DNA of 64,000 nt from an uncultured bacterium (GCA_964429585.1 CAYSCN010000010.1:4622-68621); one strand, 5' to 3'. Shown: positions 52,017 through 60,996, counted from the stretch's first letter. Made by a program: numbers and translations. Notes: generated from the letters alone by a model not told the origin.

Positions 52017-52261
52017 TGCACTTGTGTGAGCCCCGAGTGATGAAAGCTATTATAAGTCAATTTGGATTTCAAACAATGAAATTGTATAAAGTATATAGCA
52101 GGGCGTGAGTTCTGGAGAGTAGCACTTCGCTCATTTGGCTGTTCTTTAATCTGGCGGGTCGGGGGTGGTAAAATTCAATTTTGAGTTTTCTTTTGTGCAT
52201 GGTGTAATGTTTAGGCTGACGTCATGGATATGACAACAATACTTTGAAGAGGGGTGGCGAT

Positions 52262-53107
52262 ATGGGAGTGGTAGACCTTTTCTGGATATTCGTGATGTTC
52301 TTCGCCCTGCAACCTCTTTTCAAGAAAAGAATGCTGGATGTATCCAGGCAAAAACTAATCGAGAAGATAGAAAAGGAGAGAGGTTCTCGTGTGATTCTGC
52401 TCGTGCACAGGATGGAGACCATGTCTCTTCTGGGATTTCCGATATTCCGTTACATCGATGTCAACGATGCTGAAGAGGTCATTCGCGCTATACACATGAC
52501 GGCTCCGGATGTTCCAATCGATCTGGTTTTGCACACCCCGGGTGGGCTTGCGCTCGCTTCGTTTCAGATAGCCAGGGCACTTGCAAGACACAGGGGAAAA
52601 GTCACCGTGTTTGTGCCTCACTACGCGATGTCTGGTGGCACGATCATCGCTCTGGCCGCGGATGAGATAGTGATGTGTGAGCATTCGGTTCTGGGGCCGG
52701 TGGACCCTCAGCTCGGGCAGGTGCCGGCAGCCTCCGTCCTCAAAGTTGTGAAAACGAAGCCGGTGGAGGAGATAGACGACCAGACGCTCATTCTCGCCGA
52801 CCAGGCGGAGAAAGCCATTGCCCAGGTGAGAGAAAATCTGAAGGATCTATTGATGAAGCACTACGACGAGGAGAAGGCTCAGGAAATAGCCACGGTTCTT
52901 TCGGAGGGAAGGTGGACTCACGACTACGCTATAACCTTCGAGGAGGCGAAGAAGCTCGGTCTGAACGTCTCGCCCGATATGCCCGAGGCGATCCTGGAAC
53001 TGATGGAACTTTTCCCCCAGCCGGTACGGCAGGTGCCTACGGTGGAGTACATACCCGTGCCTAGGGGGGTGGGGAGAAAGGGAGCGAAAGTGGGAGGAGA
53101 TGACTGA
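52262..53107 (+). CDS. SDH-family (ClpP/crotonase-fold) serine protease, membrane-anchored
   Basis: N-terminal TM (VVDLFWIFVMFFAL); LHTPGGLALAS and MSGGTIIALAADE motifs typical of the SppA/SDH serine-dehydrogenase proteinase clan. Start at the ATG 52262, or at the TTG 52244. Confidence 0.65.
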   Translation: MGVVDLFWIFVMFFALQPLFKKRMLDVSRQKLIEKIEKERGSRVILLVHRMETMSLLGFPIFRYIDVNDAEEVIRAIHMTAPDVPIDLVLHTPGGLALASFQIARALARHRGKVTVFVPHYAMSGGTIIALAADEIVMCEHSVLGPVDPQLGQVPAASVLKVVKTKPVEEIDDQTLILADQAEKAIAQVRENLKDLLMKHYDEEKAQEIATVLSEGRWTHDYAITFEEAKKLGLNVSPDMPEAILELMELFPQPVRQVPTVEYIPVPRGVGRKGAKVGGDD

Positions 53108-53150
53108 ATGGCAGGCTTCGTTTTCCCGTGTGCCGATGAAGGGGGGGACA

Positions 53151-53630
53151 ATGAAACTCATACTTGTCAGGCACGGTGAGGCCAACCCTTCAGATGTGGA
53201 CCCAAAGAGGCGTCTTTCTGCTCGAGGAATCAGGCAGGCGGAACTGGCTGGGGAATTCATCTCGAATCTGGGGCTGGTTCCGGACGTCGTTTTCGCCAGC
53301 GTAAAAGCCAGAAGCATTCAGACGGCAGAAATCATCTGTGAAAAGATCGGTCTATCGAAGAGCAGCGTTATCACCAGTTCTTCATTCGCCCCGGAGGGGG
53401 GTCCGGAAGAGATGGGGTGCGAGGTCGCCTCTGCCGGGGGGGATTGTGTGCTGCTCGTGGGACACATGCCGTCTGTAGCGAGATATGCGAGCTTTCTGAT
53501 CACTACTCCGAAGGAGGGGTTTGCCAACATCGCTTTCGACAATTGCCAGGTGGTTCTTCTGACGGGGGAGAGGCCCGACAGAGCGGGAGATTTCCTCCTG
53601 GATCTATCTTACCCTGCGGGCAATTTATAA
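53151..53630 (+). CDS. sixA: phosphohistidine phosphatase SixA-like (histidine phosphatase superfamily)
   Basis: MKLILVRHGEA with the catalytic RHG motif; about 160 aa; second His in LVGHMPS. Confidence 0.75.
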   Translation: MKLILVRHGEANPSDVDPKRRLSARGIRQAELAGEFISNLGLVPDVVFASVKARSIQTAEIICEKIGLSKSSVITSSSFAPEGGPEEMGCEVASAGGDCVLLVGHMPSVARYASFLITTPKEGFANIAFDNCQVVLLTGERPDRAGDFLLDLSYPAGNL

Positions 53631-53655
53631 AAAGACGAATGATAAGGAGGGGGGT

Positions 53656-55653
53656 ATGACGAAAAGGGGATTGGATTCGATTTTCCGACCCGAGACTATA
53701 GCAGTAATAGGAGCGTCGACGAATCCGGAAAAGATGGGTTATCAGATTCTGGATAACATAATCCAGGCCGGATTCGAGGGGAAGATATTTCCGGTGAACC
53801 CAAAAGCGTCTGAAATTCTGGGGCTTCAGTGTGTCAACGATATCTCCGAGTTGCCGGAGGGGATCGACCTGGCGGTGTTCATAATACCCGCGCACCTGGT
53901 CCCGTCCAATCTCGACAGACTTGGCGAAAGGGGCGTTAAATCGGCGATAGTCATAACCGGCGGTTTCGCCGAATCGGGTCCAGATGGGGAAAAGCTTCAG
54001 GAAGAGCTTTTGGATGTGGCGAGGAAGAGGAACGTACGGGTCATTGGACCGAACTGTCAGGGAGTTAACTACCCGTATCACAAGCTGTGCGCTTCCTGGC
54101 CCCTGATCACGCTCAAAGGTGACATAGCTTTCGTCTCCCAGAGCGGGACTGTAGGAGCGGCCCTGATCGACTGGGCGTCTCAGGAGAACATCGGTTTTTC
54201 CGCGTTCGTGAGCATGGGGAACAGAGCGGACGTGGATGAATCGGATCTAATAGAGTATTTTTCCAGAGATCCGAATACGAAGGTGATCACACTTTACATA
54301 GAAGGGGTGAAAAGACCGGATAATTTCGTGAACGCTCTCAAAGAGTGTGGAAAACCGATCGTGATATACAAGGCGGGAAGGACCGAGAGGGGGAGAAAAG
54401 CCGCCGAGTCGCACACGAAGTCGCTAGCGGGCAGGGACGAGATTTTCAACGCTCTGTTCAAGAAGTTCGGCGTGGTAAGGGCTGGCAACCTGGAAGAGCT
54501 ATACGATTTTTCCAAGGCTCTGGCCTATTTTCCGAAGCCGAGCGGGAACAGGATGCTGATCGTGACTAGTTCGGGGGGCTCGGCCATAATAGCTACGGAC
54601 ATGGCCGAGGAGCTGGGTTTTTCTGTCGAACCGTTGAGGGAAGAGACATCCAGGGCTCTGAAGGAGAATCTTCCGGATCATTGCATAGTCGCCAACCCGC
54701 TCGATTTGACTGGAGACACGGATGCGGCAAGATACGCGAAGGTTCTCGAGATTGCTGAGGGTGATTACGATGTGATAATGACGATTTTCGGAGATCCGAT
54801 TGCCGGTGCGCACGAAGTGGTGTCCCCTGAAAAACCTCATCTCGTGGCTTACCTTGGAGGAGCGGAGGTAGAGCGGGATGAGAGGGTCAGGATGGGGGAG
54901 AGGAAAATTGCTGTTTTCCCCACACCCGAGAGGGCGGTTATTGCAGCTTCTGTTTATTTATCGAAGGAAAGGAGGAGAGACAAGGTGGGAGACGATGGAG
55001 AAATGAAGGGAAGACTTCTGTCTCCGGTCGAGTCGATGGCGCTTCTCGAGAGATACGGAATTGCTGTTACCCCGTATCTTAAAGCGTCATCTGTGGACGA
55101 GGTCAGGAGGTTTTCGTCCAAACTCGGGTTTCCTGTGGTTCTCAAGATAAACTCGAGGGATGTGTCTCACAAATCCGATGTTGGTGGAGTTGTTTTGGGG
55201 ATAGAGAACGAAGATGAGGCAGAGAAGGCTTTTGGGGAGATGATGGGAAGGTGCAGAGCCAAAGGTATTACCACCGATGGGCTGGTGGTGAGCAAGCAGG
55301 CTGAAAAAGGGACGGAGATAATAGTTGGTGTTGTGAGGGACGAGCAATTCGGGCATGCTCTGGCGCTGGGTCTGGGAGGAATTTTCGTGGAAGTCCTGAA
55401 GGACGTTTCATTCAGGATGATTCCAGTAACTGAAGATGATGTGAGGGAAATGATAGACGAGCTGAAAGGGAGGTCCCTTTTCTACGGAGTCAGAGGGATG
55501 AAGCCGCTGGACGTCGATTCTCTGTGCTCGCTTTGCGTGTCGCTATCCGGGATGGTGAAGGAAAATCCTCAGATTGCCGAAATCGATTTGAACCCGGTCA
55601 TTCTGTATGAAAAGGGTTACACTGTGGTGGACGCGAGGGTGGTTATAGATTGA
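53656..55653 (+). CDS. ADP-forming acetyl-/acyl-CoA synthetase (fused alpha-beta; CoA-binding, CoA-ligase and ATP-grasp domains)
   Basis: 665 aa; N-terminal CoA-binding Rossmann (IAVIGAS...); succinyl-CoA-synthetase-like flavodoxin domain; C-terminal ATP-grasp. No GNAT tail, so not a Pat-type acetyltransferase. Confidence 0.75.
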   Translation: MTKRGLDSIFRPETIAVIGASTNPEKMGYQILDNIIQAGFEGKIFPVNPKASEILGLQCVNDISELPEGIDLAVFIIPAHLVPSNLDRLGERGVKSAIVITGGFAESGPDGEKLQEELLDVARKRNVRVIGPNCQGVNYPYHKLCASWPLITLKGDIAFVSQSGTVGAALIDWASQENIGFSAFVSMGNRADVDESDLIEYFSRDPNTKVITLYIEGVKRPDNFVNALKECGKPIVIYKAGRTERGRKAAESHTKSLAGRDEIFNALFKKFGVVRAGNLEELYDFSKALAYFPKPSGNRMLIVTSSGGSAIIATDMAEELGFSVEPLREETSRALKENLPDHCIVANPLDLTGDTDAARYAKVLEIAEGDYDVIMTIFGDPIAGAHEVVSPEKPHLVAYLGGAEVERDERVRMGERKIAVFPTPERAVIAASVYLSKERRRDKVGDDGEMKGRLLSPVESMALLERYGIAVTPYLKASSVDEVRRFSSKLGFPVVLKINSRDVSHKSDVGGVVLGIENEDEAEKAFGEMMGRCRAKGITTDGLVVSKQAEKGTEIIVGVVRDEQFGHALALGLGGIFVEVLKDVSFRMIPVTEDDVREMIDELKGRSLFYGVRGMKPLDVDSLCSLCVSLSGMVKENPQIAEIDLNPVILYEKGYTVVDARVVID

Positions 55654-55655
55654 GC

Positions 55656-56282
55656 TCAGTCCAGAAAATCTTTCAGCTCCGGGACGGAGAATCCCTTTTC
55701 TCTCAGATAGTTCTTGACTGAGCCCACGTCAATTGTGGGTATCCTCACGAATGCGGCGAAGTTTCCACGGAAGGGCGAAAGGATCATGCTCCTTATCTCC
55801 AGATCGAGCTCCGAGAATGCGTGCAGGAGGGAGTGGAGCGATTCGAAGCTGGGCAGGATGACTTCTATTCTGACTCCAACTCCTTCCACGTCTAGCGTGT
55901 CTATGAACGCGTTCAGGATGTCGGCTTTTGTGATGATTCCAACGAGCTTCTTTCCTTCAACCACGGGCAGAGCGCCGAATCTTCTTCTGGAAAGGATGAG
56001 GAGGGCGTCTTCTATGGTATCCCATGGCGTTACGGTGACGACATTTCTCGTCATCACTTCTCCGACTGTTTTCGAGAACCCGCGTCTGTTTTCGTCTGTC
56101 CCTGCGTTGTCGAATGCTGCGTTTCGAATGTCTGTGTCTGAAAGAATGCCTACCAGGATTTCCCCCTCTACCACGGGTAGGTGTTGAATCCTGTGGTCTT
56201 TCAGAAGTTTGGCCGCTTCTTTCAGGGTTTGAGCCGGCGAGACAGTGATCACCTTTCTGGTCATTCTCCTCCCGACGAACAT
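55656..56282 (-). CDS. CBS-pair protein with C-terminal ACT-like domain (AcuB-like)
   Basis: MFVGRRMTRKVITVSP...HLPVV (CBS1); VMTRNVVTVTPWDT...ALPVV (CBS2); C-terminal regulatory fold. Start set at the ATG after GGAGGGAAAC; the longer ORF-track start is rejected. Confidence 0.7.
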   Translation of the reverse strand: MFVGRRMTRKVITVSPAQTLKEAAKLLKDHRIQHLPVVEGEILVGILSDTDIRNAAFDNAGTDENRRGFSKTVGEVMTRNVVTVTPWDTIEDALLILSRRRFGALPVVEGKKLVGIITKADILNAFIDTLDVEGVGVRIEVILPSFESLHSLLHAFSELDLEIRSMILSPFRGNFAAFVRIPTIDVGSVKNYLREKGFSVPELKDFLD

Positions 56283-58117
56283 GTCGTTTCCCTCCCCTGT
56301 AGTGTGAGTATGTGTGCCGTGACCGACGATGCCAGGGCTTCGAGATTGTATCCGCCCTCTAGGACGGAAACTACCCTGCCGTGGCATGTCTCTTCGGCGA
56401 CGTTCAATAGTTTTTCCGTAATGATTCTGAAACCCTCCTCGGTAAAGTTGAGATCGGCGATCTGGTCGCTTGTGTGACCGTCGAAGCCTGAGGAGATGAG
56501 GATGAGTTCGGGTTGAAACTTCCTGATCTCAGGTTCGATTTCTTCTTCGAACGCCCTTATGAGATCCTCGTTCCCCGCGTGAGGTCTGAGGGGGATATTC
56601 AGGGTGAACCCTTCGCCCCTACCTTTTCCCCGCTCCATGCGCCGTCCAGTTCCAGGGTAGCAGAACGAGGGATGTTCGTGAACGCTGCAAAAGTAAACTG
56701 TATCGTCGTCTTCGAAAAGCTCCTGGGTGCCGTTTCCGTGATGCACGTCCCAGTCGAGGATGAATATCCGGTTGACCCCGTAGGCCATTTTTGCGTATAC
56801 GGCTCCGGCTGCCACGTTGTTGATGAAGCAGAAGCCCATTGCCCTGTTTCTCCCCGCATGGTGTCCCGGTGGGCGAATCAGGCAGAAGACGTTGTCGACC
56901 CTTCCGTTCATGACCGCATCGACCGCAGCCATTACCGCTCCGGCGGCTAACATGGCTGCGTCGTAGCTTCCTTTCGAGATCGAGCAGTCTCTGCTCTGGA
57001 ATATTTTGTCTCCGCGCGAAGCTGCTTCCTTGAATTCGGCGAGATATTTTTCATCGTGTATGTTCAGCAGAACTTCTTCGTGTGGGAAATATGGCTTGAG
57101 CTCTATGAGGCTGCGCCTCAGTCCGTTTTTGTCCAGTTCCTTGAGTATCGCGCTGATTCTCGCAGGCTGTTCGGACTGTCCTCTTCTTGTTCGGTGATTC
57201 AGAAACTCAGGGGAATATACGAGACCGGTTCTCCTTCGCGTGTCCGTGTATATGGTCTTGTATCCGTCCCAGGGGGCCGAGGTGAGGAGGAACGCTTTCC
57301 CCAGGGGGAATGTGACCTCTTCGCTGAACTCTTCGGTCTTCGTTCTCGAGTAGTAGCCTTTCTGGTTCCTGTAAACCCGCACTTTTATGTCTCTTCTGAA
57401 AAGAGCGAAGTCGTAAGCGTGGTTCAGGCGATTTATTTCTATGCTGGTAACGGGGAGGCCGAGTTCTTTCACGTACTCCTCGAGCTCGCGTTTTTTCTTC
57501 TCCAGGTTGTCATCCTCCAGAAAGTCGAATCCCTCCTTGGCCCAGTAATACTTTCCCACGGACAGAGACGCTTTCAGCCTGAACTGGTGGAATCCGAGTT
57601 CCTTGAAGAGCTTTTCATAGTATTCGAAGAGAGCGGATGCGTAGCCGGAGGCCTGTTTGGTGAGACTTATGGTTTCTATGTAGACGACTCTTTTTTCTTC
57701 CACCCTGAATGGAAACAGCAAAAGCCCCCTGAATTCCCTGTGGGTGTAGAAGAAAAGTGTGAGCTCTCCCACGTGATTCTCGTCGTTTTGTATCTGCGTG
57801 TCGTATATGATTCTGTCTTTGCCGAAGTAAAGAGCGTTCTCCACGTGAGTGAAGCCGCTCACTGGTTTGGAAAGCCGCTCGAAAAACTCGTGAGGCAGAA
57901 CGGGATGAGAGAAGATCTTCTTCCACGTGGATATGAGTTTCCTGATCGGGGGAGTGCTCTTTATGAGGAACTTGGCTCCACCTCCGCCCGCTTTTTTCAA
58001 GATGCTTGGGTCCAGCTCGGCGCCGAAAATCTTTCCGGCGGAGATCAACTGTTCGAAACTTTCCCTCAGCTCACTTTTCGAGAAGCGCTTTGTTTCGGTG
58101 CCGGAAATCTTGTTCAT
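56261..58117 (-). CDS. fusion of an N-terminal GNAT-like acetyltransferase fold with a C-terminal histone-deacetylase-family (HDAC/AcuC/APAH) amidohydrolase
   Basis: 618 aa. C-terminal 320 aa carry HDAC hallmarks (IRPPGHHA, DWDVHHGNGTQ, SGFDGH, LEGGY). The N-terminal 300 aa contain a GNAT-like beta4-alpha3 segment (VYIETISLTKQASGYASALFEYYEKLFKELGF, fitting Q/R-x-x-G-x-A). Confidence 0.6.
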   Translation of the reverse strand: MNKISGTETKRFSKSELRESFEQLISAGKIFGAELDPSILKKAGGGGAKFLIKSTPPIRKLISTWKKIFSHPVLPHEFFERLSKPVSGFTHVENALYFGKDRIIYDTQIQNDENHVGELTLFFYTHREFRGLLLFPFRVEEKRVVYIETISLTKQASGYASALFEYYEKLFKELGFHQFRLKASLSVGKYYWAKEGFDFLEDDNLEKKKRELEEYVKELGLPVTSIEINRLNHAYDFALFRRDIKVRVYRNQKGYYSRTKTEEFSEEVTFPLGKAFLLTSAPWDGYKTIYTDTRRRTGLVYSPEFLNHRTRRGQSEQPARISAILKELDKNGLRRSLIELKPYFPHEEVLLNIHDEKYLAEFKEAASRGDKIFQSRDCSISKGSYDAAMLAAGAVMAAVDAVMNGRVDNVFCLIRPPGHHAGRNRAMGFCFINNVAAGAVYAKMAYGVNRIFILDWDVHHGNGTQELFEDDDTVYFCSVHEHPSFCYPGTGRRMERGKGRGEGFTLNIPLRPHAGNEDLIRAFEEEIEPEIRKFQPELILISSGFDGHTSDQIADLNFTEEGFRIITEKLLNVAEETCHGRVVSVLEGGYNLEALASSVTAHILTLQGRETTCSSGGE

Positions 58118-58120
58118 GAG

Positions 58121-58633
58121 TCAGGGAGCGAACCTCGTGAAAACGAAATCCTGTGATGAGGCCCTCGCTTTGTGACACGGGAAACAGCTCGCGTATACCT
58201 TCGTGTCTTCTACGGGTTTTCCGTCCACGAATCTACCGAATCCCCATCCGCCCGTGTCGGCGTATTTTTTGGAGTCCTTGACCATGAACTCCTGACGCAT
58301 GGGTTTGCCCGGTACCAGGGCCGACTCCCAGGCAGCGTGTTTTTCCGCTTTGTAAGCCAGTTTGGCTATGATGGTTCCGTCGGGGAATGGCAGAGTTCCT
58401 TTTTTGAAAGCTTCGATAGCGATGTCGTTTCCCAGAATGAGCCGAATTTCCCCTTTGTCGGTTCGATGGGAGGCGGATATGACGGCCCAGTTTCTGTAAC
58501 CTTCCGGCAGCTCGACGCCGGTTGGCGCTACCGCTTTTTTGCCTTCACCGGCGAGTGGATTGTCGATACAGAGGAGTGTGATGAGGAGGAAGATTGGCAG
58601 GAACGTCGCAACGATTATAACGGCTTTTTTCAT
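58121..58633 (-). CDS. cytochrome P460-family protein (single C-terminal CxxCH)
   Basis: 170 aa; signal peptide; C-terminal CFPCH haem site; size and Lys-rich beta-sandwich region as in cytochrome P460/c'-beta. Confidence 0.65.
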   Translation of the reverse strand: MKKAVIIVATFLPIFLLITLLCIDNPLAGEGKKAVAPTGVELPEGYRNWAVISASHRTDKGEIRLILGNDIAIEAFKKGTLPFPDGTIIAKLAYKAEKHAAWESALVPGKPMRQEFMVKDSKKYADTGGWGFGRFVDGKPVEDTKVYASCFPCHKARASSQDFVFTRFAP

Positions 58634-59130
58634 GGTGACCCTCCTTTTTTCTCCCTGCGCCCGGCGTTTTTCTTGGGGGCGAAGAAAGTTCTCTCGAAGG
58701 TGAGAACCACTTCCCCATTCTGATTGAGGCCTTTCGTTTCGACGGTTACGATTCCCATATCAGGCCGGCTTTTGGATTCTCTCTTGTCGATTATTCTGCT
58801 TTCCGCGTATAAGGAGTCACCGTGGAAGACGGGTTTCAGGAACCTGATTTTATCTATCCCGAGGTTGGCTACGGTTTTTCCGCTAAGGTCTCTGACGGTC
58901 ATTCCGTAGACCAGGCAGAAGGAAAAGTATCCGGTGACCAGCCTTTTTCCCCATTCAGTTTCTTTCGCGTAATGCTCATCCAGGTGGATGGGGTGTTGAT
59001 TCATCGTGAGCAGCGTGAATAGCGTGTCGTCGAACTCCGTGACGGTTCGCCCCGGGAAGTGCTTGTAAATGTCGCCCACGATGAAATCTTCGTAATATTT
59101 CCCGAACGCCTCTTTCCCGTCTATTATCAT
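58630..59130 (-). CDS. MaoC-like (R)-specific enoyl-CoA hydratase / hotdog-fold dehydratase
   Basis: 166 aa; FTLLTMNQHPIHLDEHYA hotdog active-site region. Confidence 0.75.
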   Translation of the reverse strand: MIIDGKEAFGKYYEDFIVGDIYKHFPGRTVTEFDDTLFTLLTMNQHPIHLDEHYAKETEWGKRLVTGYFSFCLVYGMTVRDLSGKTVANLGIDKIRFLKPVFHGDSLYAESRIIDKRESKSRPDMGIVTVETKGLNQNGEVVLTFERTFFAPKKNAGRREKKGGSP

Positions 59131-59960
59131 TTTTCCCTCTCCGGTTCAGCTGGTTTGCCGACCTCCGGCTTTTTTCTTTCCGGGGGTTTACCTTCGAGAA
59201 TCCGTAGCAGTTCTTCCGCCGGCCTGTAGCCGGTTACGACTCTGCCGTCCGGGAGTATGAGCGTCGGGGTGGAGCGTATCCCGAGTTTTTTCGCAAGTTC
59301 TATGTTTTCGTCTATCACCTTTGTTTCACACGTGGGTTTCGGGATGGTTTTGCCCTCGAAGCTGTCTTCCAGAAGCTTCATCGATTTCTCGCACACGATG
59401 GCTTTTGCCACATCATAGGCGTCTTTGTGTATTTTGAGGGGAAACAGGATTATGAAGAACGCGTAGGAGTCGTTCTCCTTGACTATTTTCTTCAGTTCTC
59501 CGTGGAGCTTTTTGCAGAACGGGCATCTGGGATCGGTGAAGACCAGCACTCTGCGGGGGGCGTTTCTGTTTCCTATTACGAGGGTGTTTTCGAGGGATAT
59601 CTTCACTTCTTTTATCTTGCGGACCTTGATGAGGCGTTCTCTGGTAATGTTCTTCCGGTCTGGTATCCTCAGTATGTTTCCGGAAAAAAGGTATTTTTTG
59701 GAGTAGTCGATGTAAGCCACGTAGGCTATTCCTTTCCTCAACACGTCCACTTCCCACAATCCCGGGACTTCCGAGTTTCGGACCTCTTTTACCTCATCCA
59801 CCAGGTCCTTGAGAATCGTCTTCGCTTCCTCCACGGTCAGGGAGTGGCAGTCGCTGCACTTACCCTCGCCGCAGCCGTTGCTTTGAAATCCTTGGGATGT
59901 GGATGGAATGACGAGAAGCAGGGCGAAAAGCAGGGAGAAAAACGCTAAGAATCTGCTCAT
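59127..59960 (-). CDS. DsbC/DsbG-like periplasmic thiol:disulfide isomerase with an extra N-terminal Cys cluster containing a CxxCH
   Basis: 277 aa; signal peptide; thioredoxin-fold active site CPFC; N-terminal GCGEGKCSDCHS cluster. Confidence 0.7.
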   Translation of the reverse strand: MSRFLAFFSLLFALLLVIPSTSQGFQSNGCGEGKCSDCHSLTVEEAKTILKDLVDEVKEVRNSEVPGLWEVDVLRKGIAYVAYIDYSKKYLFSGNILRIPDRKNITRERLIKVRKIKEVKISLENTLVIGNRNAPRRVLVFTDPRCPFCKKLHGELKKIVKENDSYAFFIILFPLKIHKDAYDVAKAIVCEKSMKLLEDSFEGKTIPKPTCETKVIDENIELAKKLGIRSTPTLILPDGRVVTGYRPAEELLRILEGKPPERKKPEVGKPAEPEREK

Positions 59961-60118
59961 GAGTCTCTACCCCCCGGAGTTTTAGAAATTATAACTCACT
60001 TCCTTTCGACTTGCGACTTACGACTTACGATTTACGCAAGCACGAAATTCTAAATTCGAAGCTCGAAACAAGCCCGAGATTCGAATGCATAAATCACGAA
60101 AACGATGGTCCGTGGTTA

Positions 60119-60280
60119 ACGTAGTTGCGTGGATGGGTGGCTGCGTAACTGGGTGGTCTTTCGCAACTACGATAACCACGCAACCACATAACCACGAACC
60201 ACATTCACTCCACGTTTCGGTCACTAGGATTTAAATATTCGAATTTGTTAGTATTTCGTGCTTCGAATTTCGAATTTGAA
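60119..60280. repeat. copy A of a structured (hairpin-forming) intergenic repeat family
   Basis: Shares ...GGGTGGCTGCGTARYTG.GTG..TTTCGCAAYYACGATAACCACGCAACCAC... and CGTTTCGGTCAYTWGGATTT...TATTCGAATTTGTT with the copies at 61927-62180; contains inverted GTAGTTGCGTGG / CCACGCAAC arms. Confidence 0.6.
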
Positions 60281-60314
60281 ACATCTATTGTCTCGTTTTG
60301 GCTTTACTCTCCTG

Positions 60315-60338
60315 AATATGTATGTTAACATACATATT
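60315..60338. promoter_or_regulatory. perfect 24-bp palindrome AATATGTATGTTAACATACATATT, putative LexA operator (SOS box) in the lexA promoter
   Basis: Exact reverse-complement symmetry about GTT|AAC; 22 bp upstream of the lexA start codon, overlapping the probable -10 region. Typical autoregulatory placement. Confidence 0.7.
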
Positions 60339-60360
60339 ACCTCGTTCGGGGAGGGGAGAT

Positions 60361-60966
60361 ATGGAGAGGCTCACGGAAAAGCAGAGGGAGGTGCTGGAAT
60401 TCATCAGGAATTACGTTCTTGAACGGGGCTTCGCGCCCTCGGCTAAAGAAATAGCCGCCAGATTCGGCATAGCGGAGAAAAACGCCTTCTATTACCTCCA
60501 GGTGCTGGAGAGGAAGGGTTACATAAGGAGGCGTCGCAAAACTCCCAGGGTGGTGGAGTTCACTTCCAAATCCAGGGTTGCTCCGGTGGTGCTTCCCGTG
60601 GTTGGCAGGGTCCAGGCGGGAAAGCCGGTGACCGCGGTGGAGAATCTGGAAGGGGAGATAGTGATGGACAGAACCCTGGTGGGGGGAGAGGAGCTGTTCA
60701 TGTTGAGGGTGAAAGGAAACAGCATGGAGGGGGCTCACATCCTGGACGGAGACCTGGTCCTGGTGAGACCCCAGAAGAAGGTTGAGAGCGGAGAAATAGT
60801 GGTGGCTCTCGTGGGAGAGGAAGCGACCGTGAAGAGGATATATTGCGAGGGGGGGAAGGTGATACTCAGGGCGGAAAATCCCGCCTACGAGGACATCGTG
60901 GTGGATGGAAACGGAGAGCACTTCGAGGTAATTGGGAAGGTGGTGGGTGTGTTTCGGAAGATTTGA
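60361..60966 (+). CDS. lexA: LexA repressor (S24 self-cleaving peptidase)
   Basis: MERLTEKQREVLEFIRNYVLERGFAPSAKEIAARFG winged-HTH; AG cleavage site (RVQAGKP); catalytic Ser (VKGNSMEG) and Lys (VKRI). Start moved to the ATG after GGAGGGGAG; the ORF-track ATG at 60322 lies inside the operator. Confidence 0.9.
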   Translation: MERLTEKQREVLEFIRNYVLERGFAPSAKEIAARFGIAEKNAFYYLQVLERKGYIRRRRKTPRVVEFTSKSRVAPVVLPVVGRVQAGKPVTAVENLEGEIVMDRTLVGGEELFMLRVKGNSMEGAHILDGDLVLVRPQKKVESGEIVVALVGEEATVKRIYCEGGKVILRAENPAYEDIVVDGNGEHFEVIGKVVGVFRKI

Positions 60967-60996
60967 GAGGAATCCTCGCCGGGGAGGGCTTTTAGG

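Noticed and set aside
60322-60360. ORF-track lexA start at the ATG 60322
   Set aside because: That ATG lies inside the 24-bp palindromic operator and has no RBS. The ATG at 60361 follows GGAGGGGAG and gives the canonical LexA N-terminus.
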